Shown in pieces: positions 48,601 to 57,799 of a DNA stretch of 64,000 bases. A program made the translations under genes and the position numbers. The stretch's first letter is position 1. Each line of letters starts with the position of its first letter. Source of the stretch: Haliotis rufescens (lineage: Eukaryota); contig NW_025963779.1 in the NCBI RefSeq assembly GCF_023055435.1, positions 80,910,001 through 80,974,000 of the forward strand, read 5' to 3'. The notes beneath the pieces are model-generated. The model was not told where the DNA came from, ran no database searches, and saw only the letters and a program-made list of their open reading frames with translations.

Positions 48601-51600
48601 TAGGGTAACGCCTAACTAGGTGCATGCGCATCGAGTGCTTCCACCTTGGTGTTTACTTCCGCTGGTCGGAAGGAACGCTAGCAGTCAGGATTCGGGTTGT
48701 AGGTGCTCCCCACCGCCTATAACAGTGGTAACGTATTACTTAATGTAATTTGTAGAATTTTCCTATTCGGAATATTCTATAAGTAATACGTTACCACTGG
48801 GCTGCTGCCCGCCCGTCTGTCCCCCGAGCACTTGCTCTCGCAGGAGACAAGAGTGAAGGGTGTCACATGGCAGCTGGGTGGCTACGCACGTGCTGCATGA
48901 GGTAATTGAGATCTCTGTGGTAGATTTCGCTATAGCAGCAGTTGTGGGAGACAACAGCCTCGGTATAACAGTGGTAACGTATTACTTATAGAATATTCCG
49001 AATAGGAAAATTCTACAAATTTCCATATCAATCGACATAACTTTTCTTTAGGATAGTAAGACTCAACTATTAGTTTTTGTTGCTGCTGTCAGTACTTTCA
49101 ATACATAGAGCCTGACTGTTGTTGATCTGCAGGTACCTGTACGAGCTGCTGTATGCATGGCTGGTGTCAACTCTCCACCGAGCCGACAACTTCCTCCTGG
49201 AACATGAAACTCTACTAGGTAGGGACAACTGTGACAGTTGTGTGTAGCTGTCTTTCAGATTGATACGTAATGCTGGGTAAGGAACCCAGGGTCCCATGCT
49301 CTACAACCAAATGTGCATTGGGTGATCTCAATGTGTGACCTGGCTGATTGTGTATTATCATACCCTGATGGCATGGATATTTGCTCGAGCTATTAATCAC
49401 TGGTTTGCCTGGCCAATGCTTGACTATTTTTCGCACTGATGTATACCTGGAGTATTGCTGACTGCAGCATAAACATACTCATTCAGTCTGAGGCATCACT
49501 GAATTGTTTTATAGACATTACTTAGAAGTTGACTCATGACAAAGTAGACACAAATTATGGATAACAGCTTCTTTATTTACTTTGTTTTGGTGTAAATAAT
49601 GAACCGTTGTCAAGCAAGGCTGAATGATGAACATTACTGTTGAGTTCATTATTCAGCCTTGCTTGACAATAATGATATTATAATTGCTTAATAATGATAG
49701 TCTTTATCAGTAGCATAAGATCCGTGAAGGTCTCCAGCAACCCATGCTTGCTGTAAAAGGAGACTATGCTTGTCGTAAGAGGCGGCTAACGGGATCGGGG
49801 TGGGCAGGCTCGCTGACTTGGTTGATGCATGTCATCGTATCCCAATTGGGTGGATCGATGCTCATGATGTCAGTCACTGGATTGTCTGGTCCAGACTCAA
49901 TTATTGTTCAGACCGCCGTCATATATTAGAATATTCCTGAGTGTGGCGTTAAACAACAAACAAACAAACAAAATATACAAAGTTCCATGAGGTTTGTCTT
50001 CCACTGAGTCATGGTAGAACCGGGGTATGCAATATGGATTCTTCAAACATGGACTTTGAGAAATGGACCAGGCATTCAACAGTTTACAAATGCTATATTT
50101 CATCTCATAATGACACATTATGTGAACATGAGCCTTGTATTTATATTAAATGCTTCCATCATTGACCAGATCTATAAAAGTTGACAACAGATGCTGCTCT
50201 CACTTGCAGATCAACAACAGAAAGGTAGGAGTAGTAAAAAGAACAAAAAGAAGAAGCGATCGAAAACACTGAGTAAGGAGATCATCCTGGCCCAGACTCA
50301 GCAACAGATGTGTGGAGGCTACTACAAGGTGAGACAGTCCACTCTCATGACAATGAAATTGGAAAGGCCTACTTACTAAAATAAACATAACCGTGGCCTT
50401 CCAAAGTTGATTTGTGGGATGTACTATCAGCCCTTGTTATTGGGCTGCGTCATACCAAAAGTCGTTAAATGATGGTACTTGGTGTTACCCTGTATGGAGC
50501 TCTGCATTAAGGAGCTAAAACAAGGACTGGTCGGCTCAGAGTCAGCGTATTCATGTTAAAATGTGGTATGGTATCTCCAAGTGCTAGCACTATAAATCGG
50601 CATCAGTCCTGACTAGTACAGGCAGCCACACACACATACACGTGCATGCACATCGCTTTATAAGTGCAATAATCTTTGATGCGAAGTTAAACCCCATTTC
50701 ACCTCACCTCGCCTCACCTTTTGATTGGTCTATTACCAATGATGCTGTCCTCGCCTAATGTTTACATCACTGTGATTGGATATAGTACATAACATTGGCT
50801 TAATCTGTTCTGAAGCATGTGTAGTGCTGACATGCTTACCAGTACATGTAACCAAATGAATATTCATGTTGCACACGTTTTAGAAGTTCAAGGATTTCAT
50901 GACCCATACAGAGCAAATCTTCAATGCAACACTGCTGACAAAGCTATATTCAGTTATCAGTCACAGAAAATATGTTCTTTCACATTTGTTTGTTTTTGGG
51001 GTAGTCTTGTATTTTGGTGTTGAGGAAAAGGTGCTGCATACTTTGTCAGTGGAGTATTTGAAACTGCAACATAGCATTTCAGTGAGCTATCACTATAAAC
51101 CATAAAACCAGCATTGTTAAGCCCACTTTCACCTCACATCACCACCTAGATGTTGATCAGTGTGTTTATGCCGTGTTTATGTCGTGTTTAGGCTGTGCTA
51201 GGTTTCCGTCTTGATGGGAAGATGAAGCAGCCAGACTTTGAGTTTGACAGTGAGGAGGTCCGCTACAGTCATCGATTCTCTCCCTTTGCTAACGTGGTCA
51301 CTCCCCCCATGGTGCATTATGGCCAATATAAGGTAAGTCACACATAGAGCGTATTACCGGCAACTTCATACACAAGGACTGTACAATTTTAGAGGAAGAC
51401 AAATGCTGGACGCAGAATGAATTTGAAAACTTGTTTTCCTTTGAAACTAAAAGATTCAAATGCTGTATTAAAAATGAATAAATGTTAAGTCTTTGATATT
51501 TATGGTTTCCTGTTGACATTGTAAAGAGATAATATGCCATGATGACTTCTATTGTTATGTATAATGATAATAATGATCAACAGTGAATAGTTCACATTGT

Positions 51601-54600
51601 ATGCTTACGGAAGCACACTGACCGTGTTATTTTGGTATTTCTGAGGTGAATAGGTATTATATTCCAGGTGATATACTAAAAATGTATGAATTGTTTAACA
51701 CAAAGAATATCTTACAGGAAATGTCCGACTTAAGACGATACGAGCCTGAACCGTCACCTGAAGCTTTGTACACCGCTGCCTGCAAATGTTTCCATCAGGC
51801 TAAGGCGCTTTACGAGAGTATTGCAGCTCCATCAGAGGAGGTAGGAAGTGTTATCACGATCTACATGGTGTAGAGGAACCTACATCCTCACTTACTTGAC
51901 CCATGAAGATCCGGGGTAGAAAAGGTCTTCAGCAACCCATACTTGCCATAAGAGACAGCTATGCTTGTCGTAAGAGGTGACTAACATGATCGGGTGCTCA
52001 GGCTAGCTGACTTGGTTGATGCATGTCATCATATCCCAATTGCGTGGATCGATGCTCATGATGTCAATCACTGGATTGTCTGGTCCAGACTCAATTATTT
52101 ACAGACTGCTATCATATAGCTGTAATATTGCTGATTGCTGTGTTAAACAACAAACAAACAAACAAAACATCCTCACTTATCCAGTAAATTATGTCTCCAT
52201 TCTATTTAATGAATACCCTGGTCCGATTTGCTACCATAGCTTTGTTTCAGAAGTGATGTCACCACCCTCTATTGCTATTATGTCTACTTTTGCACAGAAT
52301 TTCTCTCGCTCGTGACAGTAATTTGATTGGTAGGCTTTCTTTATTGCCATGCTGTTCATTAAATGAGGCTGTGGTATGAAGTTCTGAAATAGTCTCCAAT
52401 GATGGTGGGCAATGGGTCCAGGGTATTTATTATTCTACCATGAATTTGGAATTTACTTGATTCTGATTGGTCAATCAGAGGCTTTTAAATCACAATAAAC
52501 CCCCTCTGATTGAAACAGCTGATTTGATGGCCGCATCACCGCAGAAGCTAATATTCATAGAATAGTACTATTGTCGGTAGGCATATTTAAATAATTATAT
52601 CTACAATTACAGGTTACAAAATGCACAGATACGGTAACTACAATATTCAAAGGATGTGTGGCAATACATTTCGTGCAGAAAACAGAAATCTACAAAGGAA
52701 ATGTATTTATGTTTTAGAGACAACAATTTTGGCGCTTTTTTATATAAGACTGTGACGTCATATCTTTTGTGTCACAATGAGTGATGTGACGTCATAATGG
52801 TGACGTGTGATGTAGAGCGAAATCTTTGCAAAGCTTGCTTTGTTTTCTTTAGGGATGCCCACCTCATGTTAGCTTACCAAGTTGCCGTGCTTATATGCTT
52901 TCAATGCCTGTCATATGTTCGAGTGAAGTATTACGGTGTAAACAAACTGCTTTAGTATATACAGCGCCATATTTTGTTCGGTGATTCCGATAACAGATCG
53001 ATAACCCACTCAAAACACTGGACTCAACCCATGCCGCTTGACTCAATATATTTGCTAACACCAAAGAGTTCACGTTTTATTTAGTCAAGGTAGAATGGAG
53101 ATAAACATACTGTGTTTTCAATGTAGAGCTAGGTTACCTGTAGATTTAACCATGCTAAATTTATCATTCGAAACCTCACGCTGTGTGTTCGGTTCCAAAT
53201 TCAATTTAGCGCGGTTAAATCTACAGGTAACCTAGCTCTACATTGAAAACACAGTATGTTTATCTCCTAATTATTGCCTGAAGATAAAATACAGTGGATT
53301 GCTGAGGATGAGGTAGTGGTTGTCTTTTATGTTACTGATAAAGACTATCATTATTATTGGGACCAAGTTAACATAAGTTGTTAGTGACCGTAGCTGTGCT
53401 GAAAATATTATACTTGAACTATAGATATGAATTGTTTATACCTTTTGGATGCTATTAACCATTCTCTTTGGCAGTGTTTTTTATATGTAATCATTCATTT
53501 GGGGGAAAAAGGATGTTTCAGTTATCGATTGTATTGCCCTTGATAGTACAAATGTATTGATAGATGAAAGATATTATTTTTATCATATAATGGGTAGGTT
53601 TCTCAGCAAACGGATAAAACAATATCCTTTGGGCTCATATGGGATAGAGATGCAATATCAAAGGTCATGTAGGAACTACTTTCAGTGTTTAAAAACAAAC
53701 ATGGCATCGCCCTTGTCTTTCAATCCAAGAAAAGTTGCAATGTTTAGGTATTGTTTGTGAGAGTGGGAAGAGATTTTTCGAGCACAATTGAAGAATGACA
53801 TTATATGATAAAGAGGTTTATCACGCTTGTGTGTTTGGGGATGGTAAATATCCTGTATTAGGAATAAACACTATGTACTAAGCTCACCAAGCCCTGCTAA
53901 ATACAATGTTTATTCCTAATACAGGATATTTACCATCCCCAAACACACAAGCGTGATAACCTATATATGTTTGTAGATTTCAGTCTGTATAATTCATGAA
54001 ATATTCTCTTGTTGCAGGTGCAAACACTAACGAAGATAGCGAAAACAAACTTTGTTGTGATGAAATTGTTACTTGGAGGACACAAGAAAAATTGTATGGT
54101 TAGTTGATAAGATTTCTTCAGTTCCAATAAGAGAAGAATAAGCCTCAATATATACATGTTGGGTCAGCGGATCTGTAAATCAAGTAATTACAACATCCCC
54201 ATATAGGACGTCTGCTGGTGTGTGATTGTGTTCACTGCACATCTTGAACTGTCGTGTATTGACAAGTCTTTAACACCATCTCCAAATCATTCCATAGCCA
54301 ATATTAAGTAATGGATCAGAACAGTAGACTGAAAGCCATATTGTCAGATATATGGTTAATACGACAAACAAAACATTCATTAATTCCAATTTTATGACAT
54401 GTCGCGTATGCTTACGGCAAGATGGAATGAGAGTCGTGCTGCAACATTCCCTGAACTATGTCACTACTTTGTTGTGTGACATCATACAGTGCTATGAATA
54501 CAGATTCAATGAAATGCATGTTTGACATTGAGGGAAATATGTAAAAGTGCACTTTTTTTTATCCAATCACACATTTGCAAACTAATATATAGAAATCATA

Positions 54601-55791
54601 ATATTTTCTTATAGAGGAACGTTATAGCCATATGTTGTTAAAATATTTTAAGAAGTTAAATACTATTAATGATACTTTTATGAAAAACTAAAGACAGTGA
54701 GGAATTTCCCCAGTATCCCTCTACAGTAAACTGGGAATTCGGCATGGCAGTTAAAAAGGGTACACAGTGCAGAAGAATGTACAGTAACCACCTTTTTTCA
54801 ACTAAAAGTTCAGATCAAGTTACTTATTGTTTTGAAATACCTATCTAAGAAAATTTTAAATACTCTGAATACTGATCAGAGGACATCCTTACATGATTAG
54901 AATTACTGATAGATATGTTCAAGCTTGAATGAGGAAATTTGACAAGAGAGTTATCTTCAACAGAGGCGGATCAAGGATTTTGATGAAGGGGTGATGCATA
55001 TACTTGGCCTAGGGCACACTTAACATGTAAGGTGTCTCATTAAAGGGGGATGTATTGGTTACATGTGTGTTAAAATCATGCACCCAGCATATCCAGGTCA
55101 GATGAAATACTGTGTCAGTTAGGGCGTTCCTCCCACATGAAGGTGACACATCTTGATATGATGGAAATACTGTGTCAGTTCGGGCGTTCCTCCCACATCA
55201 AGGTGCCATGCCTTGATATAACTGAAATACTGTGTCAGTTCGGGTGTTCCTCTATCAAGCTGACATGCCTTGATATAACAGAAATACTGTGTCAGTTCGG
55301 GCGTTCCTCTATCAAGCTGACATGCCTTGATATAACAGCAATACTGTGTCAGTTGGGGTGTTCCTCTATCAAGCTGACACGCCTTGATATAACAGCAATA
55401 CTGTGTCAGTTCGGGCGTTCCTCTATCAAGCTGACACGCCTTAATATAACCGAAATACTGTGTCAGTTCGGGCATTGATCCCACATCAAGCTGTCAATCC
55501 TTGATATAACAGAAATACTGTGTTGGTTCGGGCCTTCCTCTATCAAGCTGACATGCCTTGATATAACCGAAATACTGTGTCAGTTCGGGTGTTCCTCCCA
55601 CATCAAGCTGTCAATCCTTGATATAACTGAAAATCTGTAATATAATGTGATGACACTCCTTTGAATGAGTTTGTGATATTGCAGTACCTTGCATCACATG
55701 TAATTTACGTGTCATTTCCACTTTCTTCCAGGATTCTCCTGAGTTTGACTTCAGCCTACATAAAGTATACCCCATCATCAAGCTACCTTAA
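30636..55791 (+). CDS. NAA35: N-alpha-acetyltransferase 35, NatC auxiliary subunit (MAK10 homolog), 19 coding exons, about 712 aa
   Basis: GT-AG exons in consistent phase: 30636-30751, 31115-31229, 32347-32421, 32847-33014, 33605-33715, 36120-36170, 37115-37198, 37736-37853, 38528-38706, 40099-40158, 40852-40958, 42169-42334, 42666-42844, 49133-49218, 50210-50328, 51192-51332, 51718-51840, 54018-54098, 55732-55791 (2139 nt in total). Diagnostic peptides: [86 protein letters not shown]. An upstream exon exists (acceptor at 30634) but was not located, so the true start may lie further 5'. Confidence 0.95.
32075..32203 (-). mobile_element. SINE family A (partial)
   Basis: caccagaaatgggcttcacacattg...taaccactaggctacctcaccgcccc. 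Confidence 0.75.
34073..36031 (+). mobile_element. pogo/Tigger DNA transposon, 3'-truncated, in an NAA35 intron
   Basis: TA plus 5' TIR-like ccgtatatgacccctaataagccg...gggtcggcttat; transposase ORF; no matching 3' TIR found. Confidence 0.85.
35047..36123 (+). CDS. pogo/Tigger (CENP-B-like) transposase, C-terminally truncated
   Basis: N-terminal HTH ([22 protein letters not shown]), CENP-B HTH ([11 protein letters not shown]), DDE_1 triad MDET / WDMFRAH / QPLD. Homology ends at KPFKTN (about 36031) and the ORF reads through intron sequence to a stop at 36123. Confidence 0.8.
   Translation: MSSKRKRHAYDAAFKLRVVSVAESTNNSAAARQFDINERQVRNWRKEKTALTEMPKTKKARRFAVTPYSKLEDVLYEWITEQRQSGYMVTRNMIRQRALTVYKAKKQEFDLPTTFKASSHWCSRFMNRRHLTLRQKTHIAQKLPDQENTKVDLFHALVIKGRKAMAYELGQIGNMDETPLNFDMPGSRTVDHLGAKTISVKTTGNEKQHFTVVLTCLADGTKLKPMVVFKRKTMPKDKFPAGVVVAVHQKGWMDEDLVNRWVTDVWMSWPGGMRGCKSLLVWDMFRAHLCQSVKKKLTETKTHQAVIPGGCTSLLQPLDVCLNKPFKTNSLSPVVCFCMINVVYLLYKCCITFVFLPR
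37295..37514 (+). mobile_element. SINE family B, running into an assembly gap
   Basis: Matches 13061-13343. Confidence 0.8.
37515..37696. other. Assembly gap (N run)
   Basis: Run of n. Confidence 1.
38262..38486. other. Assembly gap (N run)
   Basis: Run of n. Confidence 1.
39530..39822 (+). mobile_element. Diverged SINE family B with expanded (CACTC)n tail
   Basis: tttctaggtttgtcagcacc...aagctgac...; (CACTC)n at about 39762-39821. Confidence 0.75.
40418..40657 (+). mobile_element. SINE family C
   Basis: cccgtgaagatccggg...(AAAC)n. Confidence 0.8.
41625..42145. repeat. 15-16-bp minisatellite (gatcaaggacatctt[a/t])
   Basis: More than 30 degenerate copies ending just before an NAA35 exon. 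Confidence 0.9.
42904..43387 (+). mobile_element. CATC-TIR MITE, copy 3 (internal deletion)
   Basis: Perfect 9-bp TSD tcctaatgt on both sides. Confidence 0.92.
44411..44911 (+). pseudogene. DIRS gag-like ORF1, N-terminal part
   Basis: MSDMDM...[20 protein letters not shown]...CILC zinc-binding motif typical of DIRS ORF1; ends at a stop inside an internal duplication. Confidence 0.7.
45720..47070 (+). pseudogene. DIRS RT / RNase H / DAM-like methyltransferase, frameshifted and deleted
   Basis: [17 protein letters not shown]; GFYS; SAPWLFT..AYLDD; [31 protein letters not shown]; EW..DLFA..DAL..W..AYAYLP..LIAPMW. Confidence 0.88.
47065..48052 (+). pseudogene. DIRS tyrosine recombinase (frameshift near 47410)
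   Basis: [17 protein letters not shown] (N-terminal domain); [40 protein letters not shown] catalytic motifs. Confidence 0.88.
49607..49669. repeat. Short hairpin
   Basis: ttgtcaagcaaggctgaatgatgaac...gttcattattcagccttgcttgacaa. Confidence 0.8.
49720..49972 (+). mobile_element. SINE family C
   Basis: Matches 1926-2192. Confidence 0.8.
50440..50720 (+). mobile_element. SINE-like repeat, family D
   Basis: cgtcataccaaaagtcgttaaatgatggtac...ggactggtcggctcagagtcag...(CACCT)n tail; 3' part shared with 8690-8850. Confidence 0.6.
51898..52167 (+). mobile_element. SINE family C
   Basis: Full-length copy; flanked by acatcctcactta near both sides. Confidence 0.85.
53097..53267. repeat. Long hairpin (about 59-bp perfect arms) at the end of a dispersed repeat
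   Basis: ggagataaacatactgtgttttcaatgtagagctaggttacctgtagatttaacc and its exact reverse complement. Confidence 0.9.
53818..53959. repeat. Long hairpin (arms over 50 bp, perfect)
   Basis: ttatcacgcttgtgtgtttggggatggtaaatatcctgtattaggaataaaca and its exact reverse complement. Confidence 0.9.
55100..55635. repeat. 57/60-bp tandem repeat, about 9 copies, SINE-B-derived
   Basis: Unit gaaatactgtgtcagttcgggcgttcctctatcaagctgacatgccttgatataaca. Confidence 0.9.
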
Positions 55792-55969
55792 TTACTTCAG
55801 TCTACATAGAAGTGCCCAACAGACCTTCAAAACTGCAAATCAGTTATCTGGATGTTTGAAGAACTTAACAAGGCTACAGGGTCATGCCATCTTCTTAAAC
55901 CAAGCTCCAAGGAGATTGACTACACATTAAATGTCATGTGGATAATAGTACTTAGTCCAGCCACCTGAC

Positions 55970-56226
55970 ACATTCACAAGGACCATGTGTCGTGTTGATA
56001 AGAATAGACTGAACATTCACAGTGACAGATGAAATGTTCTTAAAAACCACTGCAACATTCACAAGGACCATGTGTCATGTTGATAAGAATAGACTGAACA
56101 TTCACAGTGGCAGATGAAATGTTCTTAAAAACCACTGCAACATTCACAAGGACCATGTGTCGTGTTGATAAGAATAGACGGAACATTCAACAGTGGCAGA
56201 TGAAATGTTCTTAAAAACCACTGCAA
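55970..56226. repeat. 85-bp unit, three copies, in the NAA35 3'UTR
   Basis: cattcacaaggaccatgtg begins at 55971, 56056 and 56141. Confidence 0.9.
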
Positions 56227-56430
56227 ATCTCAACAGGGTCAAGTGAACAGTGTTTTCCCTATTGTCCCCTGGAGGGAGAGAGTAATGGTGGCCTATGGCT
56301 GCAGTGTCAACACAGACAGATTTCTATATTAGCATTGGAGGATGGTTGAAATTGGTATTTTGGTTCTATATTGCAGAGGCTGCCCTACAATTGGCAGAAC
56401 TTTGAAAGTGTGTTTCATTTAATAATGAAA

Positions 56431-56436
56431 AATAAA
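56431..56436 (+). terminator. Candidate NAA35 polyadenylation signal
   Basis: AATAAA followed by ATTAAA and a downstream GT/T-rich tract (ttgttgtttttcttttctgtg). Confidence 0.6.
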
Positions 56437-56548
56437 CATTAAAGCCTGCAATTTGTTGTTTTTCTTTTCTGTGAACTGATACCAACAAAGTTTGGGTACT
56501 ATAGTGGTTCAGGTCAAAAGAAGTTGTTTGGACGAATCTCATGGCCAG

Positions 56549-56825
56549 TGGTTGGTTGGTTGGTTGGTTTGTTGTTTAACGCCGCACTCAGCAATATTCC
56601 AGCTATATGACGGCGGTTTGTAAATAATCGAGTCTGGACCAGACAATCCAGTGATTAATATCATGAGCATCAATCCACTCAATTGGGATTGATGACATGC
56701 ATCAACCAAGTCAGCGAGCCTGACCACCCGATCCCGTTAGTCGCCTTTTATGACAAGCATAGTCACCTTTTACGGGAAGTATGGGTTGCCAAAGACCTAT
56801 TCTACCCCGGAATCTTCACGGGTCC
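56549..56825 (-). mobile_element. SINE family C
   Basis: Full-length reverse copy; ctcatggccagtgg occurs at both junctions (TSD-like). Confidence 0.88.
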
Positions 56826-57799
56826 TCATGGCCAGTGGTGTCAGGAGACAGGAATAGACATATAAAAAAACCGTAAATGCTGTCAGTATTGATTTGTGGT
56901 TAATTTTGAATAAGATTTCTTGAAACAAACGTTTTATCCAAATACAAACAATTATCTTTGTTAAAAGGTATATTTTTTAATAACAGCATTTAATTTACTT
57001 TGCAAAGTTTTTGAGAAAATGTTATTAGTGTCAGGAGGGACAATAGTGTCTGAGAACTGAATAATGGTATTCCCTATGTTTAAGTGAGAGAAATGAGGAA
57101 TGAGTGGCTGCAGAGAGTTGCATCCCTTATCAGTGTCAGGATCCACTGGTGGTTGGATTGAATCCCAGATTTGACTGAAGACCTTTGATGTGTTGTCATC
57201 AAGTGGATGAAAAGGATATTCTGTATACCACTCCGGTCGCTAAAAAAATAGATGACGGAGGGGGCTTAATAAAAGCATATACAACCAGTTGAATATATTT
57301 TCAGAGATCTAGTGGTAGTGAACAAAGTTAGTTCAAACGACAATGAAACTGAAAGAATTTTGATAATAGGTACTCTGCAGTTATACACCCATTCTGTGCT
57401 GCTGTTTTCTGTAGAAAGTGAATATACACAAGAAGGTATAGACTGTCATGTACATTGTTGGTCTTGTACAGGCGTGCCTATAAAGAGTACTTACAGATTG
57501 GTCTTGAAGTAGGTCGGGGGATGCTTATTGGAGTAAGTGCTGAATACCATGACAGTTTTTATACACATTTTGAATTAAATACAGTACAGTGCAGTTTGTA
57601 TATTAGTTCATTCCCATTTCAACAGTGCATGTATATGACCAAATTGAAAATGGGAAAACAAAATGTTTTTGGTGTGTCTGTCTGTGTCTGTGTCTGTGTC
57701 TGTGTCTGTGTCATACTACACCCCCATTATTAGAGTGAGTAATCGCAATAAACATGGTTGCCCGGAAAGGTATGATGTCCAAAAACCTATGATCCAACA

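Larger units (their letters stand above)
43890..49021 (+). mobile_element. DIRS1-type tyrosine-recombinase retrotransposon with intact termini and defective ORFs
   Basis: Inverted terminal repeats 43899-44044 and 48842-48987, internal complementary region 48718-48799, AATT at both ends, gag/RT/RH/MT/YR remnants, GC-rich interior. Confidence 0.95.
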
